A program made the position numbers and the translations under genes. A stretch of 63,422 nt of DNA, the filler included, from Octopus bimaculoides (Eukaryota): the NCBI RefSeq assembly GCF_001194135.2. It is 6 parts of 5 records of this genome, joined end to end, with 100 filler letters (N's around TTAATTAATTAA, not from the genome) between each part and the next. Parts side by side here need not be neighbours in the genome. Positions count along the whole stretch, not along the records: positions 12,393 to 23,808 come from NC_068991.1; positions 23,909 to 34,249 come from NC_068995.1; 4 more parts are not named here. One strand, given 5' to 3'. The notes under the pieces are model-generated. The model was not told the DNA's origin. It saw nothing but the letters and a program-made list of their open reading frames with translations, and did no database searches. This document shows positions 13,749 to 26,842 of this stretch, one piece after another. Position 1 is the first letter of the stretch, and the number at the start of each line of letters is the position of its first letter.

Positions 13749-16700
13749 TCATCATCATCATCATTGTACATAACCAACGCAGCCACTCCTTTTGAACATG
13801 AAAAAATATTTTTCAGCCTTCAGTTCAGCTGCTGTTATTTTATATTCACGCTTGACTGGGCTCTGGTATTTATTTAGCTTTTATTTATTTATCATTATTC
13901 TTAATGTTTATATTCATGTTATATATTTTAAAGTATTTTTTTCTTGTCATGTCAGCTACCCAACTTTCTACCCATTGAATTTTGTTTTCTGACCTTTGAC
14001 TCTCGTCATCAGATTCCAGCTGCCAATAAAATATAAACTGAGCACACACTTCTATTTATTGTAGCTATCCACCTGTTTCAGCGACCAAACCTAAAGCCTC
14101 AGTCAAAAAGAAATGCTATAATGAATTGATTCTATATTCAACATTGAGTCACACCAACAGTAAATATTCTGTTACTATTCTTGGTCGCGTTGCTTTCGTG
14201 GATTCCTATGACTCCCTGCTAGCATCCATAATAAATCTTTAATTAGCTGATTACAGAACCATGGACGCCAGCCCCATGGATGTGTTGCAGTTACTCTCTT
14301 AATAGAGCTTGATGATCCTGACCGCTGATCTTTTAGGGTTCCTCTGTATCCATGTACGAAGCACCGTTGGCTCTGTTGAGCTCTTGCGCTACCTCTTCAC
14401 AATCCATCATGCTGCAGTCCCATGATTTTACTGAATCTCTGGCAGGATGGCTGAACGGGTGGTATACCTTGTCAAAGAGCAACTCGAAACTATGTAGGGC
14501 ACGGTCGTCGCTCCGTGAGGTATTTTCAAAGTACCCGTATTTTTACACAACCTTTAAAATAGCTTTTTTCCAAACGCTTTAACACTACCTCCTACATTCA
14601 CGTTATCGCTACAAATACCGACTTCAGTGTGCTACGTCTAAACTTCAATGGTGTGGGAAAGGCCTGCAAACATTATGGATACTTCGTTTGGAATTTCATC
14701 ATCAGTTAATTTCATCACAAGCTATACATCTTATTCGCAGAGTAAAAATATCGCTAAACATTATTTAATGTTTTTATTTGCCACGTAACTACGATGCATT
14801 TCATAAATAATGAAAAAGAAATTCCAAGAAAAAAATTTCAATGTTACGTTTACACTTGCCATCCCCGTTCGTCACTTGTATTGAGAAGAGCGTTGTCGTT
14901 GGGAAAACGCTAAGCTTTCATCCAAATGATTTTATTTTTTACGTAACTTTATTTGATTTTTATTTGATTACATCGATCCCAGGACTCAATTTCGGGGGAG
15001 GGGGGGGGGTAAGTCTATTAAATCGACGCCAGTGCTTAACTGGTACTTATTTTATCAACCCTGGAAGAATGAAAGGCAAAGTCAGTACCATCATCATCAT
15101 CATCACCACCATCATCATCATCATCATCAGTAGTAGTAGTAGTATTGGCAGCAGTAGCAGAAGATTCCTTGTCACACTGTTACGCTGATTCTGATTGAGT
15201 GTTACATTAAGAGCACCTGCGCCTGTGGAATATTCTGCCCTTACATACTTATTCAATGAGTAGGAAATTCAATTGATTGAACAACTGGATAATTATCGTC
15301 GAAACCAACGGTGAACTGTTTACTTGGTAGACCTAGACTATGTCTTGGTCATTCTGTCTCCCCCGTCAATATATTCTTATTCTACATTAGTTTTCACTCT
15401 GTTCTGAGCCGGCAGATCAAGAAGCAACTGTTTGTTTTTATTTCTGAATCATTTTGGATCAAATGAGTTCTAGCTCCGACCATTTTATACTCCTTCCAAA
15501 CAAAATGTATTGAGTACTATATAACAGATTGTAACCTTTATTTTTACGGTGTATTTCTAAGGGAGATTTGATTGCTTTTTTTAGCATGCTGAGTGTAGAT
15601 GCTCTTAGATCGCTTCTTCAAAAACCAAAGATATACCGGGGTCAATTCAATACTCTCTATACCGCCCTTCTAAGTGTTTATTTACTATGTTATATACCCC
15701 TTAACAAACCTCTGTATATATTTAATATATTACACACCTTTTTCAAGCCGCTAGTTCTGTCAGTATATTCAGTTGAATTTCTTTTATTCTTTTACTTGTT
15801 TCGGTCATTTTACTGCGGCCACGCTGGAGCACCACCTTGAAGTGTTTTTGTCGAACAATTCGACACTAGGACCTATTTTTAACCTTAGTACTTATTTTAT
15901 CGGTCTCTTTGCCGAACCGCTAAGTTACGAGGATATAAGCACACCAACACCGGGAGACAAACGCAGACACACACACACACAAAGATATATATACATATAT
16001 GTATACAATAATTCCTTACTTTACGAGGACCCGCTTTACCACACCCTGGGTTTACGAGTTTTATTTTATAATAAATATAAAAAGGTTAAGCAGCCATTTT
16101 GTGGAGCAAAATGACAGCATAAAACTTCAATGTCTTAGTTTGCGCATGCGCTTTGTTGAGAGAGATTATTATAAGATAATTCTTCGTACCACATATTTTA
16201 TATTGTGTGGTAGAAAGGTATAGAACATTTCTTTTACAGACATCTGCCCATGTGTGCATATTCAATAGGTTATAAACCTTTTTTCAAAACTCTGCTTCTG
16301 TGAATACATTCAGTTGAGTAATACATTTCTTTTAGAAACCTTTGCTTTTCTGTATATATTCAATAGGTTATGAAACTGCTTTACAAACCTCGGCCTTTGT
16401 GTGTGTAATCAAGTTATTCACTCTCTTGCAAGTCCTTGCTTCTGTGTATATATTGACAATTCTTTTGTCAAAATATCAACGAAGTAGTCATAGTTGATTT
16501 ACAACTTTGCTCACCTTAACTCAAAGTGAAAGACGTCAAGGAAAACGACTAAATGCTATGTAGTCTTGACTAGTGTTAGATAATTGGAATTACTTAAGTG
16601 GTAGGCTTGTATTTCAGGTTCTGTGATGTGTGAGAAGGCTTTAAGCGAAGAAACATTCATACACATTCAATCATAAAATATATTTTGATTGTGAGAAATT

Positions 16701-16941
16701 TCGAGTTCAGTGGAAACTTGAAGTAAAATATTGCACAGATGTTTGAGGTACGTCTCTTGTCAAAAGTATTTATAAGTTTGCATGGAGGACGCATTATCAT
16801 CTTTTCAGTCCATTTAGATTGATAGATGAATCATGTGATGATACAATTCATCGCCGGAAAGTAGCGTGACCATAGACCTATATGCGAGTATTTAATTGTA
16901 GCCGTTAGTTCAATTAATCCAACAATAAAATCTACCTGTAA

Positions 16942-18722
16942 CACTGTACAACAAATTTCCGGGTCAAGCAAAAAACATAGTTCTCATGTACATTTTATTA
17001 TTAAGTTAATTGTGCTAAATTCGAATTTTATAACAAAAAACTCCCATCACGTCACATTTTCTTGTAAATTACCGACTTAATAACTCTGCAATTTATACCA
17101 ATTTCCACGATACCATAAATTTATTTTGCTCCCAAAGTCAGATTAAATAGGTCCGTTGTAATTAATTCATAAATATATAATGTATCGGCATACTTTTTTT
17201 TAGCATTATATAATGTATTAACCTACATTTTAGTATTTACTTTTTCGTTTATAAGACGTCTCAGGTGTGTGATGCTTCAGGCTCCAGCAGAAGTCAGCCA
17301 GCATAGCTGGGCTCCATTTTCCTTTATACTTGTTTTTCATTGACGCTATAACTTGATGAAACCTCTCTCCATGTTCATCACTCACATCTTCTGCATTCTC
17401 TGGGAAGAAGGACTGATGAGAAGGAAGAAAGTGTATCTTCAGTGACATATTGCATCCGAGATTTTGATTAGGCTCTCCACTATACTTTCTTGCTGGACCA
17501 CTCGGTGCTTTCTCAGAAATCCTTTGCATACATCTTTGAATGCATGCCAGGCCGCTAGCTCAGTTTCATCCATTGTCGCCTCGAAGTCTTCATCAGCTGT
17601 AAGTTGACGAATCCGAGGGCCTACGAATATGCCCGATTTAACCTTGGTGTCACTTATTTTAAGAAAGATCGCCTTGAGGTGCTGGAAATATGGCTTGTTA
17701 TGTTGCAGCACTTTGGTGAATTGCTTCATTAGGCCTAGTTTTATATGCAGTGGTGGCAAAATGATTTTTTCTTTCTTAATTAGTGGCTCATAATTTACAT
17801 TATGGCATCGAGGCATCATAGTTTCCCGAGGTGGCCATTCTGAGCGTGCATAATGTTCTGATCTGGCCCTACTGTCCCACAGGAAAAGGAAGCACACAAA
17901 CTTGGTGTATCCAGTTTGTAGCCCATTAAGTAGGGCTAGTGCTTTCAAGTCTTCACAAATTAGCCACTCGTGCTCCTTGTAACGTATACGGTCTAGAATA
18001 AAAGCGAGGACCACTTATGTCTCTCTTAAAATGACTGAGTGAACCAGTGGAACTGAAGGCATGGTGTTCCCAATGTGCAACAGAACCGCTTTTATGCTGT
18101 AAAGGGATGCATCTATGAATAACCTCAACTCATTTGGTCCATAGGTCAGCTCAAGGGCACTGAATAGGTCTCTGATATCATTACAATAAGTCAAATTGTT
18201 TTCCAGTGTGAAGAATTGCTGTAGATCTGCAGAACACTTCCCAAATACTGTAATTCGAACATCTTTATCCAACAGGTTCCAAGGTTGCAAACGTGAGGCC
18301 AGGACTTCACTCTGTTGCTTGGTAAGTGTTAGATCACGAACTAGATCATTGAGTTCATGTTGAGTCGTGGTTTCTTGTAAGATTTACCACGGATTTGGAC
18401 CCATATAACTATAAAAATATTGAATGTACTTTTATAATTTTCATAGGTTAGGTTGACATAACTTAGGAACACCCCATTAAAATTATATCAAAATCCGTTT
18501 ATAACTTTTAGAGTTGTCAGTTTCGACCCAATCCTGTTTGCATTCAATTCCTACGGAACCATCAGTGTATTTAACGTAAGTAAAATGGTAATTTACAGAA
18601 ATTGGAGGGTCATAGAAAGAAACGGATGTTATATTCGTGATCTACACACAACATGCCCCTAGAAAAGGTTATTCTTATTTCCGCATTTTTCCTCATTGTT
18701 ATACAATATAATTAAACCAGTG
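16942..18722 (-). mobile_element. Chapaev3-like (CMC superfamily) DNA transposon, internally deleted, frameshifted transposase
   Basis: LFIDAS..SIKAVLLHIGN, WLICEDLK, GYTKF.CFL.LWDSR, ILPPLHIKLGLMKQF and WSPAMLADFCWSL motifs. Termini CACTG (16942) and CAGTG (18722), flanked by TAA/TAG. Family assignment is from recalled consensus motifs. Confidence 0.7.
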
Positions 18723-19080
18723 TAGGTCAAAGGGAAGAGCTATCGTTCATGTTTTAAATATTTCAGAACTTGAATTGGAAAGTGGTTCTAATGGACGTTT
18801 TCAAGAACTAATGGAACTATGACCTATTTTACTATGTCCGAAGTAAGTGTACAGCTGCTGGCGATGATGATGATGTTGCAGCCATAATATTGAAGCCTTA
18901 TCCACTAAAACTGATGTGAGAACAAACTCCCTTGGTTAGAATGATATTTCTTGCCCTTTTGTCAGAAATACGTAACATGTTAATGAAATACTTTCAATAC
19001 CACAATCATCACACACACAAACTCGCTCACACACACACATTCACACAAACCACACACATATACACATTCACCCAGCAAAC

Positions 19081-19290
19081 AGGTGGCGAGCTGGCAGAAT
19101 CGTTGGTGCACCTGGCAAAAATTGTTTGGGGCATTTCATCTGTCTTTATGTTCTGAGTTCAAATTCTGCTGTGGTCGACTTTGCCTTTCGTCCTTACAGG
19201 CTCAATAAAATAAGTACCAGTTGAGCACTGGGATCGATGTAAACGACTTACCCCTCCCCCCCGAAAATGTTGCCTTGTGCCAAAATATGA
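19081..19290 (+). mobile_element. Abundant tRNA-derived SINE family A (representative; also ~3530-4075, 22045-22690, 27138, 34425-34830, 35942, 42345-42803, 44732, 48920, 49370, 50023)
   Basis: GGCGAGCTGGCAGAATCGTTAG head, GAGTTCAAATTC box B, central GTCGACTTTGCCTTTCATCCTTTCGGGGTCGATAAA.TAAGTACCAG domain; many copies on both strands. Confidence 0.88.
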
Positions 19291-20030
19291 ATTATCGTTA
19301 TCATCGATAGACTTTCAGAATACTTATCCCACTTAAGTTGGAATTTCTCTGTTTTAGCTGAGAGGAGGAGGAGGAAACGAGAGATATTTTGGGTTCCATT
19401 ATACTTTTTTCCCTTGGTTGGAAAATATTCTATTCTTCATTTTAAACGACTGAAATTATCGTTTTATAGATACTTCTTTCAAAATTTCAATTTTGTTATA
19501 CACATATAAGCTTGTAGTGTTCCACTTTTTTAATCATGAAAGGTACGATTTTGTTTTTAAAGGCAAATTACAAGTGTTTCACGATGTGGAATACAATAAA
19601 ATTATAAAAAGTAGCGAGAAGAAAGGTAAAAATATTTTAGTGGATATTGTTCATACATACACACATACATACATACATACATACATGCATGCATGCATAA
19701 ATACATGCATGCATAAATACATGCGTGCATGCATACATACATACATACATACATATACACGTCTTTTACTTTTCACTTGTTTCAATCCTTTGACTGCGGT
19801 CATGCTAGGGCACCGCCTTGAAAAAGTAATGAGGTCGCAAGTGTATGTGGTTATGTATGTGTGTTAAGCCGAAAAAGGCTTGGTAAACGAGTTTGATTTT
19901 CGAAATATGCGTCCTACAAACAATGTCGTTCGTAAATAATGATAAAAAAATAATTTGCTACTAGAAATAACTCAACTTTTAGACTGGCAACTCCCCACTC
20001 TTTATCTAACACCATCAATCTATCTTTATA

Positions 20031-20497
20031 TATAATCATAAATATATAGGGGTCAGCATGAGTTGCTTCACCAACATACTGAAAATTTAGAAATAGCAGT
20101 CAAAGAACTACTGATTCTAAACTACAATTTTTTCTTGGGGTGAAATGTTGAACTTACTAGCCGATAAATTTTGTGAATGCCTTTCCTCATGTGATTTTGA
20201 TGTCGCATGGTCAAATGCCCATGAGTATATAGACATTTTCAGATTTATCGTACATCATGCTGATGATTAGCAAAGAATAGTTTTATATTCTTAACCATGA
20301 AACGTCGTACATGATTAACTAAAGGCAGGTTTGTTTTTATTTTCTCTTCTGTTTTTTGTTCTATGTGTGCCATAAATATCGCCATCCGTTAGAGAAAAAA
20401 TTGTAGTTTAGAATCAGTAGTTCTTTGACTGCTATTTCTAAATTTTCAGTATGTTGGTGAAGCAACTCATGCTGACCCCTATATATTTATGATTATA
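20031..20497. mobile_element. MITE-like fold-back element with perfect 105-bp terminal inverted repeats
   Basis: 20031-20135 is the exact reverse complement of 20393-20497; 257-bp non-coding spacer; TATA ends compatible with a TA target duplication. Confidence 0.85.
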
Positions 20498-20620
20498 AAT
20501 GGTTTTACCGATAAAGGTTTTTTTCATACTGAACTACTTGGCAAAATTGTTAATTATTAATTTTATTACTAATTGGCAATTCCCTGCCCTATATCTGTAT
20601 ATCTTTATATATATGTATGT

Positions 20621-20661
<41 letters not shown>

Positions 20662-21961
20662 ACACTCTTTAACATTCACTCTCTTTGTATATGTATTAAT
20701 TCTCACGCATAACTTTCATTTTGTTCAAATCCCTTCTAATGTTTACTTTCATTTTATCATACACAGCTTATCACGCAGAAAATGCTTCTTTCAGTTTTCG
20801 TCTACCAAAGGCTTTGATCAGCCCAAGGCTATAGTAAAAGACACTTGCCCGAGGTGCCACGCAGTGGGACTGAACTCGGATCCAGGCTTCTTACCACACA
20901 GTCACGCTTGCGCCTGATGATTAAACATTGTTTACTTTATTTAAATGATTCATTCTATATATGAATAAAAACAAAATGTAAACTCTACTCATTTCAATGA
21001 TATAAGTTCAAACGTGAAAATTTTAATTAGTACTATGAAATCAGTTATTGATAAAATTTAATAAATTCACAAACACGAACCTTTCTTTATGTAAGAATAT
21101 TTTAGAAAGAAGTGTACCAGATCTCTTATACGGCTTCCAAAAATGCAGTATCATGAAAAATACTGTACCATGTATTGAGCAAACAGAACGTTTTTGAAGA
21201 TGATTCATTTGTATATGATGTGTTAAAAATATTTTATTTTTTTATTACTTCGTTTACGTGGATTAATAAAGATTAAGCATACTCCGCTTTGGAATTGCAT
21301 TAATTTCTACCTGTATGTGTTAAATAAAATCATGTTCTTTATTTTTCTTCATTTAATTTTCATCCTATAAGCATTATGTTGTATATATGATAAGATATTT
21401 AAGAATTTTAAAGGAATTAGTATGTCAAGCAGTCTATGTTTTAAAAGCTTATTAATTTGACTGTCTTAAATAATTTCGCTCTATACCTTTCATAGTTTAT
21501 TTCATATTTTAAGTATATATATATATAGACTGTCTCCTGAAAACTGGAAAATCCAAAAATCCAGGACATTTCCTGTCCCAAGCTTGCCGGATTATTGGTC
21601 CGATGGTATTACATATTATACTTTAATTAAGGCACTTTATTTATACTTATTTGATTATATGTTAAGGCTTGGTGTGGAGGGCCAACGAAAAAGCTTAACA
21701 TTCAAGAAGCGATCCATCTACGTTATCTGAAATGGAATTTTCAATTAACATATCTTAGAGTTGGATGCTTAGTAATGCTGCTCACAGTGCTGTGGCTATC
21801 TTCAATGAATCTAGTGGTTATTCTGCCCTTCTTCGGTTAGGATAGCTGCAAAATACTCACTAAAGGAACGAAATGATACGCACATTCACCTTTCACGACG
21901 AAGAACAAGAACTTGATCACCGTTGGTGTTCTACAGAATTATCACATGTAAATTGGTATAG

Positions 21962-21962
21962 A

Positions 21963-22045
<83 letters not shown>
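21962..22045 (+). repeat. (AAT)n microsatellite forming a SINE tail
   Basis: Read directly; abuts a minus-strand SINE A copy. Confidence 0.95.
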
Positions 22046-22046
<1 letters not shown>

Positions 22047-22734
22047 GGTTTCAAATTTTGCCACAAGAGCAGCAATTTTGGGGGAGGAGATGAGTCGATT
22101 ATATCGACCCAGTGTTCAACTGGTACCTATTTTATCGACCCCGAAAAGATGAAAGGCAAAATCGACCTCGGCGGAATTTAAGCTCAGGACGTAGCAACGG
22201 GCGAAACACCGCTAAGCATTTCGTCCAGCACGCTAATGACTCTGCTAGCTCGCTGCCTTAATAAGGATAATAATTCTTTCTACAATAGGTACAAAGCCTG
22301 AAATTTGTGGGAGGAGGATAGTACTCAACTGGTACTTATTTTATCGACCCCAAAAGAATGAAAGGCAAAGTCGACCTCGGCGGAATTTGAACTCAGAACG
22401 TAAAGGCGGACGAAATGCCGCTAAGCATTTATCCTGGCATGCAAACGATTCTGCCAGTTCAATAATAAAATATTAAGTAGCAAGCTGGGAAGATCGTTAG
22501 CGCGCCAAACAAAATGCTCAGCGGGATTTCTTCTGGTTCTTTGCGCTCTGGGTTCAAATTTCACCGCGATATACTTTACCTTTCATGTTTTCGAAATTGA
22601 TAAAACAAATACCAGTTGTACGCTGGAGTCGATGCAATCAATGAACACATCCCCACTAAAACTGCTGACAGATTGTCTCAAAATTTGAAACCTTTCTTAT
22701 AAATAATCAAAAATCAATTTTAAGATTTTGGGAC

Positions 22735-23560
22735 GTGTTGTACGCAAAAATAACTTTCGCTCAAAAAGTCAAACATACTCGCATTCACTTTGACCAGGAA
22801 AATAAGGATTGGACATCACCAAGCTGGTAAAGAATTTTATGGTAGAATGAGTTGAAATTTAATATGTTCAGCTCTCCTAAGAGGAAGAACTCTTTACAGA
22901 ACGCATGAATCAGACACTTGAGCACAGTAGCGTAGCCAGAACATGTGCCGCCCGTAGTGGCCCTTGAGTTTTGTGCATACCGGTCCTCCAAAACAGTAGA
23001 CCCAAAAGTGACGTCCTACTAAAGTGTCACTCAGGGAGGACCGCCCCCTTGTCCTTCGAGCACTCGTTTTGAGCAAAGTTTTGAAATTACATGTTTCGAA
23101 AAGGGTGGATTTTATTTATATGATAGAAAAGCATCTAGTGGCTCTTGGTCGGGAGAGTTGCGACATATTACTAAAGGAATGAAATGATACATTTATTCGC
23201 CGTTCATCGATACAGAACGAAAATTTGATCACCGTTGATATTTTGAACGATTTTCAGCAGAATATGGTGGATAAAGGTTAGTCTTATATGGTCTAATATG
23301 CTGCTGTATGCCAAGAGTCATTTGTGTCAGTCTTGACGTTTTTCAACATGCCAATGATCCGAACTATACAATTTTGATTATCCAAGAATTCACCCGAATA
23401 AAGAAAATCCGAGTACAGTAGTGGCCAGCGCAGTTTCCAGATTTAAATCAAAGAAAACTAATAGAAACTGGTCGATATGAGTATTCAATAAAGGAAATTG
23501 GTGACATTAAATTAACCTTAGAATTTGATGGTCACAAAACGTGAAGAAATGCTTGAGAAA
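22735..23560 (+). mobile_element. Highly decayed Tc1 transposase remnant
   Basis: Frame-broken motifs HTRIHFDQENKDWT..W*RILW*NELKFNMF (cf. ARLEFAKEHKDWT..W..VLWSDESKFNLF), FQHANDP and WPAQFPDLN (cf. WPAQSPDLN). Confidence 0.7.
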
Positions 23561-23776
23561 ATCAAATGTATGCATTCAATGTAGTGTAAATGTAATTAAA
23601 TTTTGAGAAATTTAGCAGGCGCAGCTGTGTGGTAAGAAGTTTGTTTCCCATCCACATGGACCCGGGTTCAGTTCCACTGCGTGGTACCTTGGGCAAGTAT
23701 CTTCTACTATAACCCCGGCCCGACCAAAGCCTTGTGAGTGGATTTAGTAGACGGAAACTGAAAGAATCCCGTCGTG

Positions 23777-23808
<32 letters not shown>

Positions 23809-24675
23809 NNNNNNNNNNNNNNNNNNNNNNNNNNNNNNNNNNNNNNNNNNNNTTAATTAATTAANNNNNNNNNNNNNNNNNNNNNNNNNNNNNNNNNNNN
23901 NNNNNNNNGACACGTAAAAGCACCCACTACACTCTCTGAGTGGTTGGCGTTAGGAAGGGCATCCAGCTGTAGAAACTCTGCCAAATCAGACTGGAGCCTG
24001 GTGTTGCCATCCGGTTTCACCAGTCCTCAGTCAAATCGTCCAACCCATGCTAGCATGGAAAGCGGACGTTAAACGATGATGATGATGATGATGATATATA
24101 AATGTAGGAGGTTGAAAAGGAACACATGAGTTGATATGTATTAGGAAAATAGACAAGGTAGAAAATGCTAAAATAGTTTTATCATGAAGAACATTTTAGT
24201 ACCGGTTTCAGTCTTTGCAACTTTTTCAACTTAGAGAAAAGCATGAAAAATAATTAAATTGTGGAAAAATTAAATGAAATGTTTTTTAAACATATTTCCA
24301 TAATTTTCAAATGCAAGGGACATTTTCCTCTTTTTCTATCTGTCTCTGTCTCTCTTTTTTTACTCTTGTGGGTTCTAAGTAGTTAGCAGCAGCTAGGTTG
24401 ATATGAATTCTTGTCTTTGATTGTTTAAGCAGCAGCAGTAGTAGTAGTAGTAGTAGAGAAAGGAGGCGGCGGAGAAGCAGAAGAAGGAAGAAGAGAAAGA
24501 ATAAAAATGCGGGAATGGTATGACAGTAGCAGGATGTTGGTGGAATCCTCTTAAATGGTCAAGTGACCTATTAAAAGTGACCTGTTGTGGTTATAATAGT
24601 GATTGGAATTATATGGAATAAATTTATGTGAAGTGACTGTTTTGAATATATTGTTTTCAATATTTGCGTGGGTGT

Positions 24676-25340
24676 TATTCTAAGGCCCTGGTGATAGTGT
24701 CATTTGTTGTGGGTGCATTCAAAAGGGGTTGGTACTTTGTGATAAAGAATGACTCTTTACTAATGTGCTGACTACAGAAGGTATCGTCCCTGAATTGATA
24801 GAGGGGGAAAATTCTGAAGCTGGGTTGTTTGTTATTGGCACAAACGTCGATGTGCTTGCTGAATGCTATTTTTCTGTTTTTCGGAATTTTGATCTGGGAT
24901 CTGTGCAGAGCCATCTTTTCATGTAGAATATTTTTGGTTTGGCCTATGTATTGCTCTCAACACCCAGAGCAGGTTAATAATTATATCAGGTTCTCCGAAG
25001 CACATGTGAAGTTGCTTTTCGCTGTGAAATGTTGACCCTGTTTGAAAGAGAATTCTGATCCCTCAATTAAGCTGACACATATACCACAGTTAGGTCTTCC
25101 GCATTTTTTCTACTGACGGCTTCAGTGTTGTTGTTGAGCGTATTCGGGTTTGCATTAGGAGACTTTTCATAGATTTGGGCTGTCTTTTGTTTTTTTATGA
25201 TGGTGTGCGTTTGGAGAATTAAATTCATTCTGTGGTCCCTTTTTAGTAGGAGAATGTTTTGGAGGATGGTGTCGAAAGCTTCATTGTTAAGAGGGTTGTG
25301 TGTTGAGATGTATGGTAGGGCTTTTAGTTGTAAATGCTAT
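24676..25340 (-). mobile_element. Penelope-like element 3' fragment (post-RT linker plus GIY-YIG endonuclease)
   Basis: LPYISTHNP, CG...CVSLIEG..F.F..G..F....NFTC..ENLI*LLTC.GC*EQYIGQT (GIY-YIG), KESFFITKYQPLLN. Confidence 0.85.
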
Positions 25341-25738
25341 TCCCCAACTCAGTCGAGGGGTCTTGACTTATAAATCATTTGATGACCTCACTGTTGCTGG
25401 TGCCACGCAAAAAGCATCCAGTACACTGTAAAGTGGTTGGTGTTATGAAGGGGCATTCAGCCATAAAAACCTGCCAAAGCAGACAGTAGAGCTTGTTGCA
25501 GTCTTCTGATTTGTCTGCTCCTGTCAAACCATGCAACCCATGCCAGCAAAGGAAACAGAAGTTAAATGACGATGATGATGATGAATAATCTGAGATTAGA
25601 CTATGTCACTCAATTTACCTCGGTTTTCCTCTGCCATGGGTACCTTTTTCTTTTCTTTTTTTTTTCGGCACATAGCACAGATACCTTAAGAAACAGGATA
25701 TTCAATTACTCTGACAAAGGGAAAGCATCCAAACAGAA

Positions 25739-26188
25739 TACAAGGGTGGGCTGAAAAGTTCACATGCCAACTATGAAGGAGTGATGCTAGAGCTGTGAAA
25801 TCTTGCATGCATTAATTTCAACTTCTTGATAATGGTATTGTTTCTTTTCAGGTAAACTGATGTCTCACTGTTCAAAGAATACTTCAAAAGTAACTTGTAG
25901 CAACTTCTCTTGAAAACTGATAAAATTTGGCATTGTGGTATTATCAAGTACCAGTAGAAAAATGGTTTAGTCTCCAAGGACACTCATGATGACATAGTTG
26001 CTACATTAAGAGATGATGCTCCAGCTTTTATATCAACAATGTAAAAGTAGGCAGCTGAATTTAGGAGAGGAAGGGAGAGCTTTCAAGATGACCCATGGTC
26101 TGGATGTCCCGCAACTGCCGCTGAGGAAAACACTGATCATGTCCACCACATGCTGATGGATAACAGGCGATTAACAGTAAACCAAATG
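25739..26188 (+). mobile_element. mariner-family 5' fragment (TIR plus HTH region)
   Basis: TA-CAAGGGTGGGCTGAAAAGTT terminus; decayed ..AEFRRGRESFQDDPWSGCP..EENTDHV..MLMDNRRLTV. Confidence 0.8.
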
Positions 26189-26260
26189 AGGTCTAATTGT
26201 GAAGGGTACCCGTGGAAGGGGTAGACCCAAGAAGACGTGACAAAGTGGTGAGAAAGTTAT
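26189..26260 (+). mobile_element. RTE LINE C-terminal fragment
   Basis: VKGTRGRGRPKKT motif. Confidence 0.6.
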
Positions 26261-26387
26261 TGATGGCCTATGTGCTGTAGGGAGTGAAGAGCTTAAATAC
26301 AGTTTGATAGTGTGATAAAGTACTGTGAAAACCAGAGGTGAAGTGGATTAGAGACATTGGAAGAGCAACATAATTTCAAATACTTAC

Positions 26388-26842
26388 GGTGATAGGAAGT
26401 GCTGCCTCAGTTGTTGGAGACGGTAAGGACTTGGCAGAACTAGATGGTGGAGCAGGGGTAATAAGGATCTTTTTATGGGTTTTCCTTTCAAAACTATATT
26501 TTGGAAGCTTAGCACCTCGAGTATGAATTTCTGAACGTGGAGGAACATGGTGAGTGTATTTTCTTTTAATTGCAGGTTTACTATCAGAAGTCTTTTTAGT
26601 ATCACTTTTGGAGGAATTATTTTCACTGGATGGTGAGGCAGACCGCTTCTCAGAGACAGTGTTGGAATTTTCAGCAGTAACATCATCAGCATAAATATCA
26701 TCCATGGACGATCTTGATTTACGACTCAAACTTCCTTTCCTTTTCTTTCTTCGTTTCCCAGTTTTCCTAGGACCATTCTCTAGATTGCTGTGACCTCCTG
26801 GAGGTCGACCGATTTTCCGCTTTTTCTTACCATAGTAATAGG
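26388..26842 (-). CDS. SFMBT: SFMBT homolog, exon encoding basic/Ser-rich linker between SLED and SAM domains
   Basis: catttccAG acceptor; the junction codon A|CC gives TKYTYYYGKKKRK, as in SFMBT2 (TKYTYYYGKRKK). Open frame of 455 nt ending ALPIT|gtaagta, phase 0. Confidence 0.92.
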
